A DNA stretch of 64,000 bases, taken from Malacoraja senta. Its lineage: Eukaryota. Made by a program: the position numbers and the translations under genes. Location: assembly GCA_038087875.1 (NCBI GenBank), contig CM075988.1, positions 6,386,001-6,450,000 on the forward strand, written 5' to 3'. This document shows positions 10,938 through 22,589 of the stretch, in pieces (position 1 is the stretch's first letter; every line of letters begins with the position of its first letter). The notes below the pieces were generated by a model. That model made no database searches. It saw only the letters and a list, made by a program, of their open reading frames with translations, and was not told the origin of the DNA.

Positions 10938-11330
10938 ATAGAAACATAGAAACATAGAAAATAGGTGCAGGAGGAGGCCATTCGGCCCTTCAAGCCAGCA
11001 CCACCATTCATTGTGATCATGCTGATCGTCCCCAATTAATAACCCGTGCCTGCCTTCTCCCCATATCCCTTGATTCCACTAGCCCCTACAGTTCTATCTA
11101 ACTCTCTCTTAAATCCATCCAGTGATTTGGCCTCCACTGCCCTCTGTGGCAGGGAATTCCACAAATTCACAACTCTCTGGGTGAAAACGATTTTTCTCAC
11201 GTCAGTCTTAAATGACCTCCCCTTTATTCTAACACGGTGGCCCCTGGTTCTGGACTCGCCCAACATTGGGAACATTTTTCCTGCATCTAGCTTGTCCAGT
11301 CCTTTTATAATTTTATATGTTTCTATAAGT
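10938..11330 (-). mobile_element. CR1 LINE 3' end
   Basis: LIETYKIIKGLDKLDAGKMFP..FTQRVVNLWNSLP; (CATAGAAA)n tail on +. Confidence 0.9.
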
Positions 11331-11579
11331 AAGGGGATGTTTTGGGTCAGAACCCTGTTCTGTCTGAAGAAGGCTTCCCGATGCAAAACGCCACCTACCC
11401 TTTTTCTCCAGAGATGTTGCCTGATCTGCTGGGTTACTCCAGCACTTTGAGTCTATCTTTGGTATAAACAATGACCTCACCCTCAGCAACCCCTCCATGC
11501 CAACCCCTCTTGATGTTTCATAGCAATAATAAGCCCATTATTCTCAACGTCACCCCCACCTTAAACCTTCACATCCTCG

Positions 11580-11930
11580 ACTGTTGTCCCACAGAGATTG
11601 CAGAGTGCACCTCTTACAACTGGCCTTGCACCAATTTACCAAGGCTGCTTTGTCAGCATCTTACAAGTACACAACCTTTATAATCTGAAAGAGCCAGGTA
11701 GCGGGACAGGTGCGATCACCATTCCTGACAAATACCCACCCAGTTCACACTCTATCCCGACTAAGTAATATATCAGTCTCGCTGAAAGACTCTGCCCTAA
11801 AGCACTGTGGGCGTAACTTCGCCACACAAAGGTGGTTCACCTCCATCCCCTCGACCATAATCAAGGATGGGCCATAACTGTCGGCTTTGCCAGTGACACA
11901 CTCACACACCTTGCATGTCAATGGAAAAGA
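11580..11930 (+). mobile_element. Ancient CR1-like 3' relic
   Basis: Collinear with 50340-50545/51180-51385 (CAGCATCTT.., GCACTGTGGG.., GGCTTTGCCAGTGAC). Confidence 0.5.
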
Positions 11931-12589
11931 AAGGTAATTACAAGTTTGTCCTTTGCTGAACTAAAGCGTAAGCATAGATTACACTGGCAATCCGCACACC
12001 ACAAATTACAAAAGAATGACATTGTACTGCAGGTGCATCCTTCTCTGAACAATGACAATCTGCAAACTTCAGGACTTCTGCAAGAACTTCAAAGGCCATT
12101 TGTTTGGACAGGTACCTCAGCTGAAGTTTGCTTTGTGGAAGTATTGACTAATAACTGCGAACTTTCAGTGCATTATCTCCTATTTAAATATGTCAATAGC
12201 CCTGGGCTTTGGGTAATTGGATAACTCTGTTTTGAACCACAGAATTATGTTTTAAACCATCGCGAGGGTAATGGCAGGGTTGCCCTGTTGATTAATGGGC
12301 TTTGATCTTTGATCTTCGCCCCTATTGACAGCCTTTGGGAGAAAATTAGCATGAATGCAACAAAAATCACCTCACCAACTACTTCTGGTCAACCAGTGCG
12401 AACGCTTTTAGTGCTCGCGAGTTATTGGTTATAGGCAGATCAATCAATTGCAAAATTATCAGATCACCTCATCCATTCTCAGTCTGTAAGATCAGTTGCA
12501 ACACTTAAACATGCACAAGAATTCCCAAATCACTTCAAATTGGAATGATACAGATAAGATTGTCATCTGTGAATTTAATGCGCAAATGT

Positions 12590-12869
12590 AGTTTGGAGAT
12601 ACAGCACGGAAACAGGCCCTTCAGCCCACTGAGTCCGCACTGACCAGTGGGCACTATCCTACACATTAGGGACAATTTACAATTCACAGAAGCCAATTAA
12701 CCCACAGACTTGTACGTCTTTGGAATGTGGGGGAAACCGCAGCACCCGGGGAAAACCCACGCGGTCACGGGGAGAAAGTACAAACTCCGTACAGGCACCC
12801 GTGGTCAGGATCGAACCCGGGTCTCTGGCGCTGTAAGGCAGCAACTCCACCACTGCGCCACAGTGCCGC
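12590..12869 (-). mobile_element. HE1-like SINE
   Basis: Full head-core-tail on minus strand, GGATCGAACCCGGG. Confidence 0.85.
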
Positions 12870-13829
12870 AGATAACAATTTGTGCGGATAAGAAAAGGAG
12901 AAAAGGTTGAAAGAGATGACAACAAGTTTCCAATTGCTTCAGATCTTAAGAGAAGAATAGAGGGTTTGAAATGAGGGCAGATTTAAACGAGGAATGCTGG
13001 AGAATCTGGTCCAGATGCTTTAAGAAGGGAAGAATGTATATGTCAAGGTCAGTCAGGGCAATGTGGACAAAGTGCTGGTGTTAGAGGAAGTTACAAAGAG
13101 AGGAAAGGGAAAAAAATCACAATGAAAGCAGCTAGATGATGCTAGATGCAAGATGATTAAAAGACATTTGGACAGGTGCATGGTTCGGAAAGGTTTAGAG
13201 GGATATGGACCAAACACAGGCAAATGGAACCATCTGAAATACGACATCCCGGTCGGCATTGCGAGGATTGTGCAAGTGTGTGAGATACAGTTTGATGCAG
13301 TGACTAGAAAAGGATAAAATAGTTTTTTTCTTAAAGTGGACAAGGTTAAGGGGGATTTGATAGATTTAAATGTTTAAAATTAAGAGGTTTTGAGAAATGA
13401 CTTCCTACTGGCAGAAGTTGAAGTGACTTGAGGGGCCCAGATTTAAAATAATTGGCAAAGAACCATAAGGGAGAAGCAGACAGATTCTTCAGACCGTAAG
13501 TTGTAGTGAAGTTCACTTTAAAGGGGTGAAGGCAGCAGATTCAATGTAAATTGAGGCTGGAACTACGCTCAGCCTGGTCTGATGGGCATTCGAATGCATA
13601 GAAAGAGAGACGTAGTCATTCCCAGCTTCACCACGGTTAAAGATTACCATCTGGACAGAGGAAAAGCTTCAGGAAATCTTCCATGAAGTGGAACATCCCC
13701 ACTGACTGTTTTTATTCATTCAAAGAATGTGGGCTTCAGAGGCGGAGCCACCATTTAATTGACCATCTCTAATTGCCCTTGAGGAGATGCTGATGAGCTG
13801 CCGTCTTGAACCGCTGCAGCTCTTGAGGT

Positions 13830-14130
13830 ATAGTTTAGAGACAGTACATGGAAACACACTCTTCGGCCCTTGGAGTTCACGCCAACCATCGATCGCCTGT
13901 TCACTCTCGTTCTATGTTTCCCTACTTCCCCACTCCCATGCACACTGGGGGCATTTGCAGTGGCCAATTAACCTACAACCCTCCACCACTTTGGGATATG
14001 GGATGAAACTGGAGCTCCCGGAGGAAACACAGGCGGTTGCAGAGTGAACGTGCAAATTCCGCACAAACAGCACTCGAGGTCAGGATCGAACCCAGGTCTC
14101 TAGCGCTGTGAGGTGGCAGCTCTACCACTG
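13830..14130 (-). mobile_element. HE1-like SINE (older variant)
   Basis: TTTAGAGACAG..GGAAAC..CAGGATCGAACCCAGG..CTCTACCACTG. Confidence 0.75.
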
Positions 14131-14344
14131 TATACTCATCCCATCAAACATTGAACATCTTTCTAACTAGGTTAATCGGTCCCAGCCACACCAGTGGTTA
14201 ATGGAATGGTACCAGAGTGGTGTGAAGAAGGGTCCCGATCCAAAATGTCACCCATTCTTTTTCTCGAGAGATGCTGCGTGACCCGCTGAGTTACTCCAGC
14301 ACTTTCTGTCTATCTTTGGTACCATATACTTCCTGGTCTTTACA

Positions 14345-14555
14345 GAGAGGTAAAAGGTTCACTGCTGGTTTCCAGATTTCCAGTAAGCAAATCCCAGCGG
14401 AAATGGCCTAAGAAATGACACAGACCTTGGCTTGGGTACCCTGCCAATGGATTTGGAGGATTTTACAGGGGAAATGTGGGTGAATATATCTCTCCAGTGC
14501 CTTAACTTCCTGCTGTTGGTCATCAATGTCTCGGAAGCATGTAGGAGGGTGGCAT
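14345..14555 (-). mobile_element. RTE LINE relic
   Basis: Minus translation ATLLHASET..SRKLR, then KILQIHWQ in a shifted frame. Confidence 0.6.
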
Positions 14556-15413
14556 TCACAAGTTCACAAGTCATAGGAGTACAATTAGGCCATTCGGCCC
14601 ATCGAGTCCAATCCACCATTCAATCATGGTTGATCTCTGCCTCCTAATCCCGGTTTCCTGCCTCCTCCCCATGACACCCGTTCCTGCTGATCACTAGAAC
14701 AGAAAATTTGTGCCAAGTTTAGTTTAGTTTCGTTTAGATTAGATTAGATTAGTTTAGAGATAGCATATAAATAGGCTCACCAAGTCCAGGCTGACCATCG
14801 ATCATCCATTCACACTCATTCTATGTTATCCCATTTTCACATCCACTCCCTGCACACTCAGGGCAATTTACAGGAGCCAATTAACCTACAATTAACCGAC
14901 AAAGATGGATATGGGTCGAATACAGGCAAGTCTGGCAAGTATTGATGAGGCATTTTGATCAGTGTTGGGCCAAAGGGCCTGATTGGGATGTGAGTGGAAA
15001 CCGGAGCACCCGAAGGAAATCCATGCAGTCACAGGGAGAACGTGCAAACTCCACATAAATGGCAACCAAGGTTAGATACGAACCTGGGTCTCCAGCACTG
15101 TGTTAAAGTATTATCTTAATCTTAAATGGCCAAAGATTTGTTTATTGAGTTTAGATCGTGGGATCGAACCCAGGTCTCTGTAAGCGCTATGAGGCAGCAA
15201 CCATGCCAAAGGGAGCAGCGAATTACATCTTTGTTGAAAAATGGCTGCTGAGAAATGGGAAGTGGAAATAACTGTTAGATTAGTCAGATGGTAATCAGCT
15301 CATTTACATTAAGCAACACATTTAAGTTAAGGTAGAATAATTGCAATGTATAAACTTCAGGAGAAGAAATGAAAGTATAAATGTTTTCAAGAGTGTTTTC
15401 AAGAGTACATTCT

Positions 15414-15706
15414 GGGCGGCAAGGTGGCGCAGTGGTAGAGTTGCTGCCTTATAACGCCAGAGACCCGGGTTCGATCCTGACTACTGGGGCTGTCTGTACG
15501 TAGATTGTACGTTCTCCCCATAGGTTTTCTCCGAGGTCTTTGGTTTCCTCCCACTCTCCAAAGGTTTGCAGGTTAATTGGCTTGGTATAAATGTAAATTG
15601 TCCCTAGTCTGTGTAAGATAGTGTTAATGCGCGGGGATCTCTGGTCGGCGCAGATTCGATGGGCTGAAGGGCCTGTTTCCGCGCTGTATCTCTAAACTAA
15701 ACTAAA
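15414..15706 (+). mobile_element. HE1-like SINE
   Basis: GGTGGCGCAGTGGTAGAG A-box, GGGTTCGATCC B-box, (TAAAC)n tail. Confidence 0.88.
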
Positions 15707-16214
15707 TTCTAGACACAGAATATTGAGGTGAAACATATCAGAAACAACAATGAAAATCAGATACAATATTCTTCAGAGGTTAAGGTAATGTTTCAGTTTC
15801 ACGCGGAGATACTTTGGGAAGGGTCAGTGCATATTTGCTGAGATAACGTGCATCTGGAAGCCATAGTTACAGAGCCAGGGTTAGAGTAAGATGTTTAATT
15901 ACAGACAGGTGCAGCTTTGATCGAAGGTTTTGGCCAAAATGTGGATAATGAATTTGAATGTAATGAGCTGTCATTTCACTGCAAGGTCATCTCCAGTTCT
16001 AATTAACTTTCAAAGGTCAATCATAATGGTTGGAGAACCAGTTAGCTCCAAATACCGATCAGGAGAGGAGCAGTGATTTAACCCTCTGAGTGCGGCCTAT
16101 TTCCCCACCACATCACCCAACATCACCCCTACCAATTATCCACGCCCTTCTGGAATTAGCATTTTCAGCCCTCTTGCAGAGGTTCAAGGTGAGGGGGAAA
16201 GATTTAATAGGAAT

Positions 16215-16675
16215 ATTGCAGAGAATTGTGGACGCTGCCCAGACCTTCGCACAAACCAACCTCCCTTCCATTGACTCCACTTAGACCTCACCGCAAGGCC
16301 AGCAGCATAATCAAGGACCAGTCTCACCCAACCACTCCCTCTTCTCCCCTCTCCCATCGGGCAAGAGGTACAAAAGTGTGAAAACACACCACCAGATTCA
16401 GGGATAGTTTCTTCCCAGCTGTTATCAGACAACTGAACCATCCAACCAACAACTAGAGAGTGGGCCTGAGCTACTATCTACCTCAATGGAGACCCTCGGA
16501 CTATCTTTAATCGGACCTTACTGAACGTTATCTTGCACTAAACGTTATTCACAATATTCCCTTACACTGTGGATGGCTCGTTTGTAATCGTGCATTGTCT
16601 TTCCGCTGACTAGATAGCAAACATTTCACTGTACCTTGGTACACGTGACAATGAACTAAACTATAGTAAACTAAG
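16215..16675 (+). mobile_element. Rex1/Babar LINE 3' end, inserted in a CR1 3' fragment
   Basis: LQRIVDAAQTFAQTNLPSIDS..SIIKDQSHP..PLPSGKRY..RFRDSFFPAVIRQLN. Confidence 0.8.
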
Positions 16676-16974
16676 CTAGAATCTGAGGGGCAACTTTTTC
16701 ACACAGAGAGTGGTATGTATATGGTACAGACTGCCAACGAAATTGGTTGAGGCAGGTACAATAAAGGATTTAAAGAATGTTCGGGGAGGTCCGTGGATCA
16801 GAAAGGTTTAGAGAGATATGGATCAAATACACACAAGTCAGACAGCATTGATGAGGTACATTGTTCAGCTGGGATGTGTTGGGCCAAAGGGCATGTTTTA
16901 TTTTCTGTTCCATGAATACATACATTGGCCACAGTTCCATGACTTGTTAGTCTTCTCTCCCATGTCATCATGAG

Positions 16975-17195
16975 AGGTCCCATTGCAGTTCTTTGAAGGA
17001 AAGGTGATGGTGTTTTGGCCAATATTAATCACTTACCTTAATATTAATCAATGGGAAACCTTACCTGATTGTTGTCACATTGCTGTTTGTCGAAGTTTGG
17101 TGCATCCATAAAATGCTTCATTTGAATAATGTGAAGTGATTTGGGATGCATTCAAGTGGTTGAAATGTTGAATAGATGCAAGTTTGTTCTTTCAT
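16975..17195 (+). mobile_element. Deu-domain SINE relic
   Basis: TGGCCAATATT..GTCACATTGCTGTTTGT..TTTGGGATG..AGATGCAAGTTTGTTCTTTC. Confidence 0.6.
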
Positions 17196-17914
17196 TTCTT
17201 GCATTTCTTTCAGTTGCTCCCATAGAAAGTGATCTTGTGCTTTGACCTACTGTGAGTGCCAGGTCTCTTCTGTGATCTGCGTAGCCTTCAAAGAAAAATC
17301 ATAAACATACTAAATTGTTAAACTCACTTATGATGAAGTGTGATTCAAGTTATATTTGGTTGTTTTCCCATGATTATAACAAGAAAACTGGATAGACGGC
17401 CAAAGCCTACAACAGTGGTGCCTTTCAAAAGAGAATTGGACAAATATTTGAAGGGGAAACATTTGCAGGACTATGTAGGCAGAGCAAGGGGAGTGGGACT
17501 CGCTGGGCAAGAGCCAGCACAAGCAGGATGGGCCAAATGTCACCTTCTACTCATGAGTTAGGTTGCAGCATTCCTTCTGTTTACTGGTTAGCTGGCAGCC
17601 CACATTCCCTGGCTCATTGCCCTGAGGCCCCATCACCTTCCTAGGTTCAAAACACAGAAAGTAGTCAAGAGCATAAGTGAACAAAATGGAGAGGGTGTGC
17701 TAATGCCTCATCAGGCTCAATGTTGAGTGGAGTTGAAACGTAGAAACATAGAAAATAGGTGCAGGAGTCGGCCATTCGGCCCTTGAGTGGGAATGAGACA
17801 GTGAATGAGACAGTGGTTGGAATCTTCTCAACCGAATTGTTGCCTATTCCACACTTGGTCTCCTTCATTTTGAAGGGATCACGTCCCACGCACCCATTAT
17901 TGTGAACTGTTCTG

Positions 17915-18745
17915 CCTCAGTTGTAGATGTAGCCCACACCATCACACAGACCAGCCAACCCACCATTGACTCCATCCACACCTCATGCTGCCTCGGAGAA
18001 GCAGCCAACATAATCGAAGACATGTTCCACTCTGGGCATTCCATCTTCTCCCCACTCTCGTAAGGCAGAAGGTCGAGAAGCTTGAAAGCACATACGACCA
18101 GATTCAATAACAGCTTCTCCCCTTCGGTTATCAGGTTTCCGAACGTTCCTCCCATAATCCAGGGTACTGTCCAATTCACCTCTACCCCATTGAGGACATT
18201 GGACTTTGTCAATGGAACTAATGCGCTACAATGCTGAGAACTAAACTAAATTAAACTATATCCCTGCACTTTGTATCTTCCTCTTTGCTCTATCTATTGC
18301 ACTTGAGTTTTAATTTGATAGTATTTATGTATGGCATATCTGGTCTTTAGTTTTGTTTAGAGTTACAGCGCGGAAACAGTCCCTTCGACACAACGAGTCC
18401 GCACTGACCAGCGACCCCCACACACTAACACTATCCTACACACACTAGGGACAATTTACATTTATACCAAGCCAATTATACCAAACCTGTGCATCTTTGG
18501 AGTGTGGGAGGAAACCGGAGATCTCAGTGAAAACCCACACGGTCACGGGGAGAAGGTACAAACTCCACACAGACAACACCCGCAGTCGGGATTGAACCTG
18601 GGTCTCTGTACGCGCTGTAAGGCAGCAACTCTACCGCTGCTCACTGATCTGTTTGGATAGCATGCAGAACAAAGCTTTTCACTGTCCCTTGGTACGCATG
18701 ACACTAATAAACCTAAACCCATGTCTAAACTAAACTAAACTAAAC
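17915..18745 (+). mobile_element. Rex1/Babar LINE 3' end, interrupted by a SINE
   Basis: VVDVAHTITQT..PTIDSIHTSCCLGEAANII..RFNNSFSP; resumes after 18645 to (TAAAC)n. Confidence 0.75.
18346..18645 (-). mobile_element. HE1-like SINE
   Basis: Minus-strand full copy nested in the Rex element. Confidence 0.85.
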
Positions 18746-19034
18746 AACTCCACTCACTACCTGAAGAGAACTCCAAATAAAACGTTTGAATCAATAGCGG
18801 TGGGCGGAAAACTCTTGGAAGCTCAAGAATCAAACTGGATGAAAAAGTGTTCTCTGGGGAAGGGAAGTTGCCATCCCAGCCCATTCTGGGTGATAGATGA
18901 TCACAGGCCAACCACATTAGTGCAGCATTTGCAAAGCGTGCTGAACCGCCCACACTTGGCGCAGATTTTCCAAACAAACTTTGTACTTATTCAACGTGAC
19001 CGCCCACCCCTATCTTCTTCGGAAACTTGCTGAT

Positions 19035-19235
19035 TGAGTGGGAGGGGGCTTTAAACTGAGAACCCATCGAACGCTCAAGGTCAGTCTTGCGGATTGAAGC
19101 ACGGTGTGTCAGAAGCTGGCCACCCAACCTGCAGTGTAGGCAAGACCGGGAGCATTGAATGCAGTGCACGAGATTGGAAGAAGTACAAGGACCTCTCTGC
19201 TTCACCTGGAAGGAGTGCTGGGTCCCCAGACAGTG
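19035..19235 (-). mobile_element. Penelope GIY-YIG N-terminal relic
   Basis: ORF 18987-19205: KQRGPCTSSNLVHCIQCSRSCL..RLG..H..SIRK..F.APSHS. Confidence 0.75.
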
Positions 19236-19289
19236 GGAGGGAAAGACTTTGGAGAAACCACAAACGTTTTGGGTGACTACTTTAACACA

Positions 19290-19790
19290 AGAGACTTCAG
19301 ATGCTGGAATCTTGAGCAGGAAAACATAAACTACTGGAGGAACTCCAAGGGTCAGGCGGCGTCTGTGGAAGGAAATAGGCAGATGGTGTTTCGGATCGGG
19401 ACCTTTCTACAGATATGTCCACCTGTCACTTTTCAGGATAGTCACAAAATGCTGGAGTAACTCGGGCAGCATCTCCGGAGAGAAGGAATGGGTGACGTTT
19501 TGGGTGGAGACCCTTCTTCAGACTGTCACTTTCCCAGCTTTGGCCCACTCATACCTCTCATCTACAGCTTACTCCCCGCTACTCAATCAGTCTGAAGGAA
19601 GGTTCCGACCCAAAATGTTGCCTGTCCATTTCCTTCCGCTGCAGGACCCGTTGAGTTCCTCCAGCAGTTTGTGTTATAATCAAGGACCACAGCCTGAAGA
19701 AGGGTCTCGACCTGAAATGTCAACTACTCCTTTTCTCCAGAGATGCTGCCTGACCCCCTGAGTTACTCCAGCTTTTTGTGTCTATCCACT
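19290..19790. mobile_element. Cluster of Penelope pseudo-LTRs (two minus, then two plus)
   Basis: Cores at about 19494-19521 (-), 19592 (+) and 19694 (+) CTGAAGAAGGGTCTCGACCTGAAATGTC. Confidence 0.75.
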
Positions 19791-20125
19791 CGCACACCAA
19801 TCATTCTCACCCTTGTCCCATCGGGCAGAAGATGCAAAAGCTTGATAGCACCGATCACCAAGTTCAGGAAAAACTTCTTTCCCGCTTTTATTAGACTCAT
19901 GAATGGACCTCTCATATGCAAAGGATAAATCTCCAATCTCCCAATCTACCCTGTTGGTGTCCTTGCACTTTTCTTTTCACTTGCACTTTCTCTGCAACTG
20001 TAACACTGGATTTTGCACTCTTTTTTTCTTCCTTGTGCACTACCTTGTATGGCGTGAATTTCCTGCTTAGCACACAGAACAAAGTTTTTCACTGTGTCTC
20101 GATGAATGTGACAATAATGATGATT
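19790..20125 (+). mobile_element. Rex1/Babar LINE 3' end
   Basis: LVPSGRRCKSLIAPITKFRKNFFPAFIRLMN; tail GTGACAATAATG. Confidence 0.75.
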
Positions 20126-20939
20126 CATGCATAAAGCAACACTATACTTACACCTCCTCCAGACAGATAATCTTCCATTACCAATCCATCACCACCGTCT
20201 CTGAGCTAACATTCATTCTCTTTTGTTTTCAATCGATTACCCTTTCTTCTCTCTGCTCCTTCTTTGTGATAACAAACAAGTTTGATTTCTAGCTTCTCCT
20301 TGTGCTGATTAAAGATCGTCAACTTGAAACCTTGTCTCTGTTTCTCCCTGCACAGACGCTGCTTGACCTGCTGAGTATTTCCATCATCTTCCGCTTTTGT
20401 TACTGAAGGTAGATGCCACGAGGCTGGTGCACGGAGCATAAAACAAACTGCTGGAGCAGTTCAATGGGTCAAGCAGCATCTGTAGAGGTGAAAAGAATTG
20501 TCGACAGTTTGGGCCGAGACCTGCATTAGAACTGAGAGCGGAGAGGAAAGGTAGTCGCTATAAAGAACGGAAGGGGAGAGGGTTAGGCAGAGGGTGGTGA
20601 GTGGTAGTTGGGTCAAAGAGGAGTGAGGAACAGAGGGCAGATGAGGTGGGGGGGAAGAAGGAAGAATGGAGTTGGGATGGAGAAGCAGATGACTGATACA
20701 TGGATGGGGAAAATGCAGGGGTGGGGGGTGGCAGTGGGAGGGGGCAGGTTCAAATGGTGTGGACAAAGTGCATGTGCTTTCCGAACCGATCCCCTCCTCT
20801 GGACTCACGCTCCTGCTGCAGGGTCTCCATCCAAAACATGAACGTTTCCATTCATCTCCACAGATACTGCTTGACCCGCTGAGTTCCTCCTGCAGTTTGC
20901 TTCACACACAACCACATGTTATATACCTTTAGTAGTAAA

Positions 20940-21160
20940 ACCATTGAGAAGGACACATCACGAGCAACAAATGATATGGATAAGGTTGGAGGAGGTGCAT
21001 GTAAACTTTTCCCTCACCTCGAATGGCGATCTAGGTCCCTGGGTGGTGGTGAACAAGGAGGGGTAATGACAAGTGTTGCACCTCCTGCAGTTGTAGGGGT
21101 AAGTGCCAGGGGATGGGAAAGGGTGGGTGGGAGGGTGGAATGGACCAGCGAGTCATGGAG
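20940..21160 (-). mobile_element. Penelope Cys-rich linker + GIY-YIG start relic
   Basis: LHDSLVHSTLP then GTYPYNCRRCNTC..TTTQGPRSPFEVREKFTCTSSNLIHIICCS*C. Confidence 0.8.
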
Positions 21161-21400
21161 GGGGGGGGGCAGAAAGGGGTGCAGAGGGGAAGATGTGACA
21201 AGTGGTGGGTTCACTTCATGAGAAAGATCCGACCAGACCGACAAACCATCGACGGTGAGTATGCTGGAGCAACTCAGCGGGACAGGCAGCATCTCTGGAG
21301 AATAAGAATGGGCGACGTTTCGGGTCTAGAACCTTCCTCAGACTGAGAGGCAGCGTAGAGGAAAACAAGAGACACAAAGAAAAATTCATTCATTACTTTT

Positions 21401-22589
21401 TTTTTATTTTTTTTATTTTTTTATTTGTGTTAGGTTGAACAAGTTAGGTCTTTATTCTTTGGAGCGCAGAAGGTTAAGAGGGGACTTGATAGAGGTCTTT
21501 AAAATTATGAGCGGGTTAGACAGAGTGGACGTGGATAAGCTTTTCCCATTGAGAGTAGGGAAGATTCAAACAAGGGGACATGACTTGAGAATTAAGGGAC
21601 AGAAGTTTAGGGGGGACATTAGGGGGAACTTCTTTACTCAGAGAGTGGTAGCTGTGTGGAATGAGCTTCCAGTGGAAGTGGTGGAGGCAGGTTCGATGTT
21701 ATCCTTTAAAAATAGATTGGATGGGTATATGGACGGGAAAGGAATGGAGGGTTATGGTCTGAGTGCAGGTAGATGGGACTAGGGGGAAGTATTTTATTTT
21801 TAATAAAAATAAAAAAAATTAAAAAAAATAAAAAAAATAAAAAAATTTAAATGTTCGGCACGGACTTGAAGGGCCGAGATGGCCTGTTTCCGTGCTGTTA
21901 TGGTTATATGGTCAAGTACAATAATGTGGTACCACAGTACCTAATACTTGTTGACATATTACATTTCATATACAACTTCTTATTTTTAATTTAATAATAA
22001 AGCAGGAGTAAGGGAGAAAGGGAGAAAAGAAGAGATTGACATAGAGTGTTGCGTGAAATAGAAAGATAGCCCGAGAGAAGAAAGTAGAAAGAAGAAGAAG
22101 TAGAAAGAGAAAGAGACGAAATAGAGAAGGAAAAAAAAAAAAAAAAAGGAAAAAGGAGATTGAAAACGATATAACTATTTAATGTTCCTGACCACCCGTC
22201 ACCTGATTCTGAACCATTTTATTTCTATGGTTTTGTTGCACCATATGCTTGTAAGAGGTCGATAAAAGGAGACCAAATCAATAAGAATTGGTCTACTTTA
22301 CCTGCTAGAAGGAGTCGCATTTCTTCAAGATATGCCGTTTCCGACATATTTGAGATCCACATTTTGAGCGTTGGTGTTGGCGCATTTTTCCAAAATTTAA
22401 GTATGCGTTTTTTTGCCGTTATTAAACCGTAATTAAGTAGAGATTTTTGAAATGTATTTAGCTTATTCCCATCTTCCATTGATCCAAAGATAATCCCTTC
22501 TGTATTAGTTTCAATTCTTCTATTAAATAGTTTTGTAAACATTTCAAAAATTTCATTCCAGAATTTATGAAGTTTTATACAGGAGACAA
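21401..22589 (-). mobile_element. L1-clade LINE 3' end, 5'-truncated
   Basis: ORF 22225-22605 FVSCIKLHKFWNEI..AKKRILKFWK..WSPFI; poly-T on +; 13-bp TSD ATTCATTACTTTT (21388-21400, 22590-22602). Confidence 0.85.
21436..21912 (+). mobile_element. CR1-clade LINE 3' end (HER1-like, shares tail with the SINE)
   Basis: ORF LGLYSLERRRLRGDLIEVFKIM..FFTQRVVAVWNELP; tail GGGCCGAGATGGCCTGTTTCCGTGCTGT. Confidence 0.85.

Noticed and set aside
15414-15490. tRNA genes at SINE heads
   Set aside because: A/B boxes are present, but there is no complete cloverleaf and each continues into the SINE body.
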